Of a stretch of DNA of 64,000 nucleotides, positions 13,445-22,778 are shown in pieces. Origin of the DNA: Thermoanaerobaculia bacterium (lineage in GTDB: Bacteria > Acidobacteriota > Thermoanaerobaculia > Multivoradales > Multivoraceae); NCBI GenBank assembly GCA_963666565.1, contig OY762911.1:1184001-1248000 (forward strand), given 5' to 3'. Position 1 is the first letter of the stretch. Each line of letters starts with the position of its first letter. A program made the position numbers and the translations under genes. The notes beneath the pieces were generated by a model. It was given only the letters and a program-made list of their open reading frames with translations. It was not told the DNA's origin and did no database searches.

Positions 13445-13484
13445 CTGGAACAGTAGAGCGACCGGATGGGTTGGATACCGTTGC

Positions 13485-14156
13485 ATGATGCAGGAGCGAA
13501 ACCCGGATGGCGCGTCCGCGCGCCGGACGCCTACGGCTTCCGACGCCCGGCCGCGGGCGGCGGAACGGCACGGACGTCTCGCGCGGCAGATGCGCTTCCT
13601 GGTCGAAGTCGACCAGCTCAAGCAGGTGCTGCGGCGCACGTCGATCGTCGGCAACGAGCGGCTGGAGAACTCCGCGGAGCACTCGTGGCATGTGACCTTG
13701 ATGGCGCTGGTGTTGTCGGAGCACGCGGCCGCCTCTGGCCTCGATCAGCTCAGGGTGCTGAAGATGCTGATCGTGCACGATCTGGTCGAGATCGACGCCG
13801 GCGACACCTTCGTTTACGACCAGGCGGGCCTGGAGGACCAGGAGGAGCGCGAAGAGCGTGCCGCGGAGCGCATCTTCGGCCTGTTGCCGGCCGAGAGCGG
13901 CGCCGAGCTGCGCGCGATCTGGGACGAGTTCGAGGCGCGGCAGAGCCCCGAAGCGAAGTTCGCGAGGGCGCTCGACCGCCTGCAGCCGATGGTGCTCAAC
14001 TACACGAACGGCGGCGGCCCCTGGCAGGAGCACGGCATCCGGGCCGACCAGGTGCGCGACATCAACGGCTGCATCGAGGACGGCGCGCCCGAACTCTGGC
14101 GCTACGCCGAGGAACTGATCGAAGACGCCGTCCGGCGCGAACTCCTGGCTCCGTAG
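13485..14156 (+). CDS. HD-domain phosphohydrolase (HD_3/YfbR-HDDC2-like)
   Basis: ENSAEHSWH, VHDLVEIDAGD and ALDRLQP motifs. Confidence 0.92.
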   Translation: MMQERNPDGASARRTPTASDARPRAAERHGRLARQMRFLVEVDQLKQVLRRTSIVGNERLENSAEHSWHVTLMALVLSEHAAASGLDQLRVLKMLIVHDLVEIDAGDTFVYDQAGLEDQEEREERAAERIFGLLPAESGAELRAIWDEFEARQSPEAKFARALDRLQPMVLNYTNGGGPWQEHGIRADQVRDINGCIEDGAPELWRYAEELIEDAVRRELLAP

Positions 14157-14199
14157 CTTCAGGGTCGTCGGTGCGGCAACGCTGCAAGGAGGACGAACC

Positions 14200-16479
14200 A
14201 TGAAGACCACTGGGTGCGCCGGCCTGACATCCGACCGCCCGAAGACGGGCGCTCGGACTGTGACGCGGCTGGCGCGGGTACGCGCCAGCCGGGTGCTGGC
14301 CGGCATCAGGCGCGCAGCGGCGAAGCGGCGCGCGCGAGTCGTTCTGCCAGCTCTCGTGTGCAGCGCGATCCTGGCTGCCTGCGCCGGCGCGCCCGACGCC
14401 GGCGAACCCGCGACCGAGATCGCCTGGGTGAAGAAAGTGATGGTCCACGGCGTGCCGATCTACGCCACGAACACCACCGGCGACGACAAGCTCCTCCACG
14501 CGGCGGGCGTCCTCGCCCAGTTCCTCGACAACGACGAGGACGGCGAGATCGACAACCCGAAGGTCCACCAGGCGATGCTGGACACCGGCGGCACGATCGT
14601 CATGACCGGCACCCAGCGGGAAGCCGAGTACATGGACTGGGCCAACGCGCCCCGGGGCCAGGGCCTCTACGACGAGGAGACCGAACTCGACGCCCGCGCC
14701 CGCGGCGTGTTCGACGCGGCGCTGGAAGAGATCTGGCACATGGTTACGGACAACGGCTACGGCGTGGCCTATCCGCACGTGTTCGGGACCGAACCCGGAA
14801 CGGCGCTCACCGACGCGATGGACATCGCCCGCGGCGGCGCCTTCGACGGACCGCCGGACGAGTACCCGGAGGGCGCCTGGTACACCTACGACGACGTCAC
14901 CTGCGACTACGGCTGCATGGCCTCCGAGTACATCTACTGGGTCTACACGTCGATGATCGGGGCGCAGGACCTGCCGGGCCGGCTCGACCGGATCGGTCAC
15001 GAGTGGCCGCTCAACACGCCGGAGAAGCTCCAGGAAGGAGAACCCGTTCTTTACGAGATCCTGAACGATCCCGAGTACAGGATCCCGATGGTCATCCCGG
15101 ACGGGAACTACGAGGGCGCGCCGCTCGTGATCGAGCCCTACGAATTCCGCTCTCCCTACGAAGCGGCAAACCGGCAGATCCGGCGCGACAAGTTCGATCT
15201 CGTTCTCCCGGAGATCATGAGGGAGCGCGGCGTCGACATGTGGATCCATGTGATGCGGGAGTCGATCGCCGACGACTTCGGTATCGACGAACTCGGCAGC
15301 GCCTCCGGCGTCTTCGTGTTCACGGACCGGGGCGGCGACCGGATCGAGCGGGCCATCCTCGGACGCCGCTGGGGCGCCACGCAACGTGGCTGGGGCGAGA
15401 CGGACTACCGGTACGTCGAAGAGAGCGGCGCCTACGACATCGTCGCGCCCGCGGTCCGGGTCCAGGAGCCGGTGGGCGGCCCGTTGACGGAGTACGACTA
15501 CCGCTTCGAGGGGCTCAGGGACTTCGTCGCCGAGCGCGACCCGGACGTCATCGCGGTCAACTTCAAGCACGAGCTGGGCCCGTGGCCGACCTACCGGGGC
15601 GAGATCGACGGCCTTTCGCACACCGATTATCTGTTGCTTTCCGAAGAACTCGGCGCGATGTACGCGGGCCGGCTGATCTCGTCCGAGTGGCTGATGATGG
15701 ACTACATCAACCACCAGGTGCCGAGCGAGGTCGAGCTGCTCAGGCGGCTGCGACGCGACGAGCTCTGGCTGTTCGAGGACGCGCTGGAAGCGATCAAGCC
15801 TGGCGTCACCAGGGTCGACGAGACCGGACTGACGATCATGCGCCGCATGCGGACCGGCCAGTCGCAGCGCGGTCGCAGCGAGGGTTGGGAGGATGCCGTC
15901 GTTCAGGGCGGCGACATCGTCACGAACCCGAGCATCGGCATGTACGCCTACGTGCTGCGCGACGGCGAGACGGAGCCGCCGCCGGAGATTCAGGATCTCT
16001 GGGCCGAGTACCTGCGCGTCGAGGCGATCCTCGCGGAGACGATCAAGGCAGGCCTGACGCCGCGCGAGATCATCCGCGACTACGAACGGATGTTCGAGGA
16101 AGCCGGCATCGTCGTGCGCGACAACCAGCTCCACATGGTGACGCCGAAGAACGACTTCCCGGCCTACGCCGCCGGCTTCGACACGACGAAGACCCACATT
16201 TCCATGGACTCCCATGGACAGACGAAGGGTGCCCGGCCCGCATCGGTCGAGACCTACTTCGGCCCCCGGATCGGCTCCCTGGGCCCGGACTGGTCGAAGG
16301 ACATCTCGCTCGCGCCGCACCACCACTTCGTCATCGAGTACTTCTTCTACATGCCCTCACCGGCCCCTGAGGGCGAGGACCAATACCTGTTCTGGTGGGC
16401 CCACGAGGAAGCGCTCGCCGGCGAGGACGGCATCGAGTACCTCTCGCCGCCGCAGACGGAGCTCATCCTGATCCGGTAG
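14200..16479 (+). CDS. Lipoprotein fusion: EExxH zincin-like domain plus M24 (Xaa-Pro peptidase)-like region
   Basis: GGAGG RBS; lipobox LAAC; DAALEEIWH matches the 10836/12096 family; C-half with IRRDKFDLVLPEIMRERGVDMWI, SHG, IEYF resembles a degenerate M24. Confidence 0.65.
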   Translation: MKTTGCAGLTSDRPKTGARTVTRLARVRASRVLAGIRRAAAKRRARVVLPALVCSAILAACAGAPDAGEPATEIAWVKKVMVHGVPIYATNTTGDDKLLHAAGVLAQFLDNDEDGEIDNPKVHQAMLDTGGTIVMTGTQREAEYMDWANAPRGQGLYDEETELDARARGVFDAALEEIWHMVTDNGYGVAYPHVFGTEPGTALTDAMDIARGGAFDGPPDEYPEGAWYTYDDVTCDYGCMASEYIYWVYTSMIGAQDLPGRLDRIGHEWPLNTPEKLQEGEPVLYEILNDPEYRIPMVIPDGNYEGAPLVIEPYEFRSPYEAANRQIRRDKFDLVLPEIMRERGVDMWIHVMRESIADDFGIDELGSASGVFVFTDRGGDRIERAILGRRWGATQRGWGETDYRYVEESGAYDIVAPAVRVQEPVGGPLTEYDYRFEGLRDFVAERDPDVIAVNFKHELGPWPTYRGEIDGLSHTDYLLLSEELGAMYAGRLISSEWLMMDYINHQVPSEVELLRRLRRDELWLFEDALEAIKPGVTRVDETGLTIMRRMRTGQSQRGRSEGWEDAVVQGGDIVTNPSIGMYAYVLRDGETEPPPEIQDLWAEYLRVEAILAETIKAGLTPREIIRDYERMFEEAGIVVRDNQLHMVTPKNDFPAYAAGFDTTKTHISMDSHGQTKGARPASVETYFGPRIGSLGPDWSKDISLAPHHHFVIEYFFYMPSPAPEGEDQYLFWWAHEEALAGEDGIEYLSPPQTELILIR
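14208..14306 (+). repeat. REP copy B carrying the 69-bp miniature element (14225-14293) in its loop
   Basis: GGTGCGCCGGCC[69 bp]TGCTGGCCGGCAT; compare the empty form at 60494-60518. Confidence 0.8.
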
Positions 16480-16482
16480 CCC

Positions 16483-16600
16483 CGTGGGTGCATCTCACAC
16501 TAGGTGCGCCACGCACTGAGTACGCCACACACTGGGTGCGCCGGCGTCCCCGCCGGCTGCCGCCGGAGGCGGCCGGGAACACGCGCCGGCCGACGGCCGG
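16483..16600 (+). repeat. REP copy C preceded by degenerate tandem copies of its 5' end (CACTGGGTGCGC)
   Basis: gtgggtgcat / cactaggtgcgc / cactgagtacgc / cactgggtgcgccggcgtccccgccggc tgccgccggaggcggc; lies between convergent genes. Confidence 0.75.
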
Positions 16601-16635
16601 CTCCGTCACCTACCTCAGGAGCTGCGGTTTTGCAC

Positions 16636-17682
16636 TCACCAGGCGAGCAGCGTCTTCATCCAGCCCGACGTGTTGTGGAAGTCGGACACGGCGCTGCCGG
16701 GCGGCACCAGGGCGTCGCAAGCGGCGGCGACCTCCGGATCGAGCGTCATCTCCTGAACCGCGACGAGTTCGTCGACATGCTCGAACCGTCGCGGGCCGAT
16801 CAGCGGCGCGGTGATCCCCGGCTGGTCCTTGCACCAGAGGATCGCAAGCTGGGCCGGCGTGATGCCGGCCTCGGCCGCGAGCCTGGCGAACTCCACGCCG
16901 ACGCGGACGGCGCGTTCCGTCACCCGCCGGGCGTAGTACTTGCCGAGCAAGTCGGCGCGCGAGCCTTCCGGGTACTTCGCAGCATCCGAGTACCGGCCGG
17001 CGAGGACGCCCATCCCGAGCGGCGCCCAGGCGAGGATGCCGAGGCCGTGCCTGCTGCAAAGCGGGATCAACTCGTTCTCGATCCGGCGGTCGAGCAGGTT
17101 GTAGGGCGCCTGCTCGGACGAGAAACGGACATAGCCCTTCAGCTCGCTCGTCATGAGCGCTTCCATCACGCCCCAGGCGGGGTACGTCGAGCAGCCGATG
17201 TAGCGGACCTTGCCGGCCCGGACCAGGTCGTCGAAGGCGCGCAGCGTCTCGTCGATGGGGATGCCGAAGTCGGGCCGATGGGTCTGGTAGAGGTCGATGT
17301 GGTCCGTCCGCAGCCGGCGCAGCGCCGCGTCGCAGGCGTTCAGGATGCCGGCCCGCGACAGCCCCTGCTCGTTCGGATTGCGTCCGGGAACGTGCTCGAC
17401 GCGCGCCAGCCCCGTTTCGTCATTGAACTCGCCCGGGTAGACCTTGGTCGAGATCACGACCTCGTCGCGCCGGCCGGTCTCCTTGAGCACGCTGCCGACG
17501 ATCCGCTCGGCGAGGCCGTCGCCGTAGATGTGCCCGAGGTCGATCAGGTTCACGCCGGCGTCAAGCGTCCGCTCGATAATCCGCCGCGCCTCGTCCTCCG
17601 GCGTGACGTCGCCGAAGTTGCTCGTGCCGAGCCCGAGCGGCGAGACCTTGAGGCCGGTGCGGCCCAGGGTGCGGTACTTCAT
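16636..17682 (-). CDS. Aldo/keto reductase
   Basis: MKYRTLGRTGLKVSPLGLGT, STK, IDLYQTH, GKVRYIG, QAPYNLLDR motifs. Confidence 0.95.
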   Translation of the reverse strand: MKYRTLGRTGLKVSPLGLGTSNFGDVTPEDEARRIIERTLDAGVNLIDLGHIYGDGLAERIVGSVLKETGRRDEVVISTKVYPGEFNDETGLARVEHVPGRNPNEQGLSRAGILNACDAALRRLRTDHIDLYQTHRPDFGIPIDETLRAFDDLVRAGKVRYIGCSTYPAWGVMEALMTSELKGYVRFSSEQAPYNLLDRRIENELIPLCSRHGLGILAWAPLGMGVLAGRYSDAAKYPEGSRADLLGKYYARRVTERAVRVGVEFARLAAEAGITPAQLAILWCKDQPGITAPLIGPRRFEHVDELVAVQEMTLDPEVAAACDALVPPGSAVSDFHNTSGWMKTLLAW

Positions 17683-17683
17683 G

Positions 17684-19687
17684 TCAGGGGGACTCCTCAC
17701 GTTCGGGTCTTGGGTTCTCGCCGTCGATGGCGTCGCGTTCCCGTCTCGTCTTCGCCAAGCTCAGTCGAATGTCCTTGGCTACTTCCTCCACCTCGCGCGC
17801 GACTCGTGGCGCACGTCCTAGTTCCAGTTCCAGCGCCGTCGTCAGCGGAAGAAGCAACTCGGCCGAAGCCGAACCATCGATCAGTTCGAGGATACGGGCC
17901 GCGCCGAGCTCCACCGTGGCCTCGGCGAGAGCGCCGAACGTCTCGCTTGGAAGAGAATCCAAGGCCGGCAGCATGTCGAGGGCAGCTGCGAGATCGCTCT
18001 CGGCTGACCGGGGAGCGTCCAACAGAGCGGATCGGGCGCGGAGCAGGAAGGCCAGGCAACGGTAGTCGGGGGCGCTTTCGCGGTCGTGAGCCAACAGCTC
18101 GCTGGCGATCTCCCGGGCGCTGCCGTACTCCTGGCAGTCCAACTCGAGATGGCCCCGCAGGAGCCGTAACCTGGCTCGCCAATCGGCGGTGCCATCGGCC
18201 TGCTCGCCCACCAAGCGCTTCAGGGCGTCGCTGAAGGCTGCTCGTGCAGCGTCTTCGTGACCGAGCTTCCAGAGCAGTAATCCCCTTTTCGTGAAGGTGG
18301 CGAGGACGAAGTCATCGGCTTCGGAGAGGTTGCTGTTCTCGAATCGCCGCATCGCTTCGTCAAGAGCGACTAGGGCTTCTCTTGGCCGATCCCAGCGGTA
18401 GCCGGTTCCCTCGACATCGGCGAGAGCCACGCCCGGTAGCTGTTCCATCGCCGCTGCGCGAAGGGGGTTCACTTCGCGTCGCGGCTTGGTGGTGGTCTTG
18501 ACGAACTCGAGCGTCGTCTCCGCCAACTCGAAGCCTGAGTAGTACGACGACATGAATCGGAGAAGGGCCCGAACCGGCCGGTCCGGGCCTCGACGTCGCC
18601 GAAGCAGGTAGTAGATGTTGAAGAGCCGTTCCGTCAGATAGAACTGCTTGCGGCGCGCCGAGCCGCCGACGACCCGCACTGCGCCGCGGTCGGACAGGCG
18701 CTTGAGTTGTGCGCTGCACTTGTTCGTGTCGAGGCGGGCTCGACCTGCGACCTCCTTCGTCGTCGCCGGTTCCCAGAGTTCGGCGAGGGCCAGGTAGACG
18801 CGGCGCTCCTGGGCCGGGAGCGCCTCGATGTGGCTCTTGAAGTACTCGGTGTGGTCATCGATCAGGTCGAGGAGGTGGTCCAGCAGATCCCCCAGGGATC
18901 TGCCTGCGCCCATGCGCGCGACGATCGTCAGCAGGCGCGGGCTGCCACCGGTCAGGATCTCCAAGGGCCGGACCTCGTCGCGCGATGGGGACTCGCCGGA
19001 CTCTGCTTCCCAGAGGACCACGCATTCGTCGGTGGCCAGAGGCGCCAGCGTGTGGACGCGGAGGAGTTCGTAGAGGGCGCTGTCCGGGCTGTCGATCTCC
19101 TCGAACCGGCTAGTCGCGCTGGCCAGCAACACGATCCGCGACTCGGTCTGGAGGGTGTGGCGGAGTCTCCAGCCCGCATCGGGATCCGCCATGTCCCGGA
19201 ACATCATGTTCAGGTTCTCGACGAGGAGGACCAGGCGTTTTCCTTGGTGGTCGGCGTAGTCAAGCAGGGCGCCGAGGCAGCGGTCCGCAAGCGTTCGATC
19301 GTCCTGGATCGTTCGGAACTCCGCAAGCGTTCGCGGCAGATCCGGGCTGTATTCCTCGGAAGGCGCCTGATTGGAGATTTGGGACAGGCACTCGAGCCAG
19401 AACTCGCCGGCTGTCGAGACTTCGTAGCATTCCTCCGCGAACCGAACGGGCAGGAGACGGCTGGAGAGGTCGGTGTCGCGGCCGATTTTGGCGGCGACAC
19501 GAAGCAGCAAGGTCGTCTTGCCGCTGCCGCGCGGTCCGATGACAATCTGGTGCTGGTTCGAGTTCCCGGTACATCCGCGGAGGGTTTCGACGATCGACTC
19601 GAACTCGTGAATCCGCACACAGAACGACGCCACGAGTTCATCCTCGGTCAGGAATCCCGGATTGAACTTCCGCGTCGCCACGGTCAT
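17684..19687 (-). CDS. STAND-like P-loop NTPase with winged HTH and TPR-like helical C-terminus
   Basis: Walker A GPRGSGKT; Walker B LLVENL; GGSPR; wHTH TTKEVAGRARLDTNKCSAQLKRL; helical tail. Confidence 0.8.
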   Translation of the reverse strand: MTVATRKFNPGFLTEDELVASFCVRIHEFESIVETLRGCTGNSNQHQIVIGPRGSGKTTLLLRVAAKIGRDTDLSSRLLPVRFAEECYEVSTAGEFWLECLSQISNQAPSEEYSPDLPRTLAEFRTIQDDRTLADRCLGALLDYADHQGKRLVLLVENLNMMFRDMADPDAGWRLRHTLQTESRIVLLASATSRFEEIDSPDSALYELLRVHTLAPLATDECVVLWEAESGESPSRDEVRPLEILTGGSPRLLTIVARMGAGRSLGDLLDHLLDLIDDHTEYFKSHIEALPAQERRVYLALAELWEPATTKEVAGRARLDTNKCSAQLKRLSDRGAVRVVGGSARRKQFYLTERLFNIYYLLRRRRGPDRPVRALLRFMSSYYSGFELAETTLEFVKTTTKPRREVNPLRAAAMEQLPGVALADVEGTGYRWDRPREALVALDEAMRRFENSNLSEADDFVLATFTKRGLLLWKLGHEDAARAAFSDALKRLVGEQADGTADWRARLRLLRGHLELDCQEYGSAREIASELLAHDRESAPDYRCLAFLLRARSALLDAPRSAESDLAAALDMLPALDSLPSETFGALAEATVELGAARILELIDGSASAELLLPLTTALELELGRAPRVAREVEEVAKDIRLSLAKTRRERDAIDGENPRPEREESP

Positions 19688-20940
19688 CCGTTCGTCCCCC
19701 TGGAGGGCTCGCGTTCAGCGATCGGTACGAAATGCCGGGCGTGGCGGGCTCGCCACCAATCTTCGACCAAGCCAGATACGAACCGATGACCGTCTGCCGA
19801 CGGCCCAAGATACCCGTCGTGCTCAAGGACGTGGAGCACATGCTGGATGGAGGTGGTCCCTGCGTAGTCGGCGTTGTACCGGGCGACGGCGTCGCCGGTA
19901 AGCAGGCCGTCGTTCGTCGCGGCCTCGGTCAGAAGTTCGAGTGCTGCCTTGTAGCCCTCCGGGTCCAGGGCCAGCTTCAGCCGGCTCTCGTAGTGGTCAA
20001 GGTCCGTTTGACCGCGAACGCCAAGCAGCTCCTGCTCGTACACGTGAGCCACGTCGTCGAGCGAGGCAGTACGGCGACTCTGGCGGCGCAGGTGCTCGTG
20101 CAGGTGGTCGAAGAACTGCTGCACGTGGTGTGGAACGAGACAGCGCAAGCGGCGGCACATCGCGACTCGAACATCCGGCGAGAGGTCGAGGTCGTACGTC
20201 TCCGCCAGCTCGGCGAGGCAGGCGGTCGCCGTTTTCTGGTTCCAGGGCCTGAGATCGAAGGGGGCGTAGATGTTGGCCTGGGCCGTCAGCCCGACTTGAT
20301 GGAGGACAGGTTGCAAGCCGACGCTGCCGGAGAGGATCAGATGGATCTTCCCTCGGTGGGTCTGGCCGCTTTTTCGGAGCCAACTCAGGAACTCCTCCGC
20401 CAACTTGGCTCGCTCCGCGTCGACTTTGTGGTCCCTATCTCTGAGCAGGCGGTTGACGAGTATCGGCAGTTCGTCGATGGCGAGTGCGACTGGCTTGTCG
20501 CTCCCCGCCAGAGCCTGGAAGATCTGGTCGCCCTTGAGCCGCCAGTCGCCCGGGTTCATCCCCGCTCGTAGCTTGATCTTCGCTTCGGAGACCGAGAGCT
20601 CATCGACGTACTCGCCAAGGCCTCGCAGACTGTTGGCGAAGGCGTTCTTGATGGCCAGCCACGCCCCGCTGACAGATTTCGACTGGACTGCGATCTCCGC
20701 AACGGCGTCCTCCGGACCGTTGGCGGCTTCCAGGTCGACGAAGACCGTCTCGCACACCTCCTTTTCCGCCAGACGGCGCAGTAGCTCCCGAACGAGGCTC
20801 GTCTTGCCCATCCGCCGCTGAGCCGTCAGAAGTGTGTGCGTTCCGTCCTCGACCCGCTCCTTGAGCGCCTCAAGCTCCGTCTCACGATCGAAGAACCGGT
20901 CGCCGTCGACCCAGTTGGAACCCGCCTTTCTCAGTGCCAT
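19684..20940 (-). CDS. Archaeal-ATPase/STAND-like P-loop ATPase
   Basis: FFDRETEL, Walker A AQRRMGKTS, Walker B IDELP, SGS, P.HVQ; RBS AGAGGAG before ATG 20940; ATGA overlap with downstream ATPase. Confidence 0.85.
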   Translation of the reverse strand: MALRKAGSNWVDGDRFFDRETELEALKERVEDGTHTLLTAQRRMGKTSLVRELLRRLAEKEVCETVFVDLEAANGPEDAVAEIAVQSKSVSGAWLAIKNAFANSLRGLGEYVDELSVSEAKIKLRAGMNPGDWRLKGDQIFQALAGSDKPVALAIDELPILVNRLLRDRDHKVDAERAKLAEEFLSWLRKSGQTHRGKIHLILSGSVGLQPVLHQVGLTAQANIYAPFDLRPWNQKTATACLAELAETYDLDLSPDVRVAMCRRLRCLVPHHVQQFFDHLHEHLRRQSRRTASLDDVAHVYEQELLGVRGQTDLDHYESRLKLALDPEGYKAALELLTEAATNDGLLTGDAVARYNADYAGTTSIQHVLHVLEHDGYLGPSADGHRFVSGLVEDWWRARHARHFVPIAEREPSRGTNG

Positions 20941-20969
20941 GCGCCCTTCTCCTCTTCCGGGGCGGTCTA

Positions 20970-21021
20970 CCAACGATCTTGTTGGCAACAGGATTGTTGG
21001 CAAAACGGGGCGGGTTGTCAA
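20970..21021 (-). promoter_or_regulatory. Putative sigma70 promoter with overlapping operator repeats for the ATPase pair
   Basis: TTGACA (21021-21016), 17 bp, AACAAT (20998-20993); TTGCCAACAA repeated twice at 15-bp period; CAAC-N-GTTG palindromes. Confidence 0.55.
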
Positions 21022-21095
21022 GCTCTGCTCGGCGAGCCGCTGGATCGAGCGGAGCCCCGGAACCCGGTCAAGCCGGAGCGGGCGCGGTCGCTCGC

Positions 21096-22778
21096 CTACA
21101 TCCGGCCCGCGAGCTGCAGCGCCGGATCGAAGACGCGGTTCGGCACGTCGTCTTCACCCAGGAGGAACCGGATCTCGTCGTCGTAGCCGGTCATCTCCCA
21201 GCGGATCAGGGAGATCGGGATGATGCCGCCGGCCAGGAACTCGTCGATGAAGTCGCGGAGCACGAACTGGTCGCCGAGTTGCATCGCGCGCTCGCGGAAG
21301 AGCTTCATGAAGTGGGCCTTGCCGACGACGACCCCGGTATGGAAGCCGGGGAAGCGGAGGTTGGACTCCATCTCGTACCAGACCATGCGCTCGTCTTCCT
21401 GGGTCCAGCCCTTGGACATCAGGGCGGCGCAGAGCGCCCGCGACTCGTCGAAGTCGATCAGGTTCGCGTGCATGGCGAGGTCGGGGAGCGCCAGGCTCAT
21501 GTGGGAGATGTTCATCAGGTACTCGACTTCGCGGCCGCGGCGCGGCCGTTCGTCGAGGACGCCGGCCTGCATCGTGAGTTCCTCCAGGGCGACCGCCCAG
21601 CCCTCCATCCGCATCCACTCCATGTTGAAGCGGCGGTCGGCCCCGCGGATCGGTCGGTCGTCGCGCTGGCGGCGCTGATCGTCGAGCATGTGGCCGACGT
21701 ACTCGTGGGTCTCGCCGGGCAGGATCTCGCGCTCGCGCGCCTTGTGGTCGATACTCGTGTCGGACGGCAACGGCTCGGGCGGCTCGTCGGGGTCGCTGTA
21801 GTCGGTCGGGTCGACCCAGTCCGGCACGGTCATGACTTCGCCGTCGCGCAGGAAGTCGACCACGTAGGCGAGCGCCTCGTGCAGATTGTCGGCGTACTTC
21901 TCGGGCGTGTCGGCGATCTCGAACGGCGGCAGGTCGCGGTTGCGGTGCTCCTCCAGCGCCAGGAAGGTGACCAGCCGGTTGTACTCCTGCTCGACGATCG
22001 TCCGGCTCTCCTCCCAGCCGTAGGGCGAGAGGTGGACGTTGCGCAGCCACCAGTCGTAGTTCTCCTTGCCGATGCCGGCAACGCCGCTCCAGGACGGCTT
22101 GTTCTCCTCGACCCAGGCCCCGAAGGCGAGCACTGCATCGCGGGCCGCCTCGGCGTCGGCGACGAGCTCCGGATGATGCTCGGCGAGCTGCTCCGCGATC
22201 TCGTCGTAGATGCGCGCTTCGCGGGGAGCGGCCCAGATCGCGATCGTGCCGAGATCGGGAACGGCCTCGGTCAGGTTGGACTTTGCCTGCTCGTAGACCT
22301 TCGGCACCGCCTGGAGCGTCGTCCGGTAGTCCTCCATCTCGGCGTCGTCGAACGGCGGTTCGCCGCGGAACAGCGACCGGAACCCCGACATGGCGGGCCC
22401 GGCGCCCCCCTGGGACATGAGGTAGAACGCGGGGTCGCGTGACCAGGGCCGCGTGACGCGGTGGTGGAAGTCGAGCCCGTTCATCTCGGCCCGGACCAGG
22501 TGGTGGTCGATCTGCTCGGAGACGGTCCATTCGGAAATGTCGAAGGCGCCGAGCCGGCTCTTGTAGTCCTCGAGTTCCTGGCGCTGCTGCTCCATCGCGG
22601 TGGCCGTGTAGTCCGGCACCCCGTCGACGATCACCGGCTCCTGGAAGACGCGGAAGTCCTCGAAGAGCTGGAGCAGATCGGCGTGGGTGCCGGGTGCGGT
22701 CTCTTCAGCGGCTGGCGGCGCGGGGGCGCAGGCTGCCACCAGCGCTGCGGAAGTGAGGAGTGCTGTGGTCAGGCGCAT
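21096..22778 (-). CDS. DUF885-family lipoprotein
   Basis: Lipobox VAAC after AAGGGG RBS; RPWSRDPAFY, EGWAVALEE, G..F.LRDFIDEFLAGGIIPISLIRWEM tail. Confidence 0.82.
   Translation of the reverse strand: MRLTTALLTSAALVAACAPAPPAAEETAPGTHADLLQLFEDFRVFQEPVIVDGVPDYTATAMEQQRQELEDYKSRLGAFDISEWTVSEQIDHHLVRAEMNGLDFHHRVTRPWSRDPAFYLMSQGGAGPAMSGFRSLFRGEPPFDDAEMEDYRTTLQAVPKVYEQAKSNLTEAVPDLGTIAIWAAPREARIYDEIAEQLAEHHPELVADAEAARDAVLAFGAWVEENKPSWSGVAGIGKENYDWWLRNVHLSPYGWEESRTIVEQEYNRLVTFLALEEHRNRDLPPFEIADTPEKYADNLHEALAYVVDFLRDGEVMTVPDWVDPTDYSDPDEPPEPLPSDTSIDHKAREREILPGETHEYVGHMLDDQRRQRDDRPIRGADRRFNMEWMRMEGWAVALEELTMQAGVLDERPRRGREVEYLMNISHMSLALPDLAMHANLIDFDESRALCAALMSKGWTQEDERMVWYEMESNLRFPGFHTGVVVGKAHFMKLFRERAMQLGDQFVLRDFIDEFLAGGIIPISLIRWEMTGYDDEIRFLLGEDDVPNRVFDPALQLAGRM

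Noticed and set aside
16636-17682. Two AKR copies as a recent duplication or recombination repeat
   Set aside because: Clearly diverged paralogs of a commonly expanded family.
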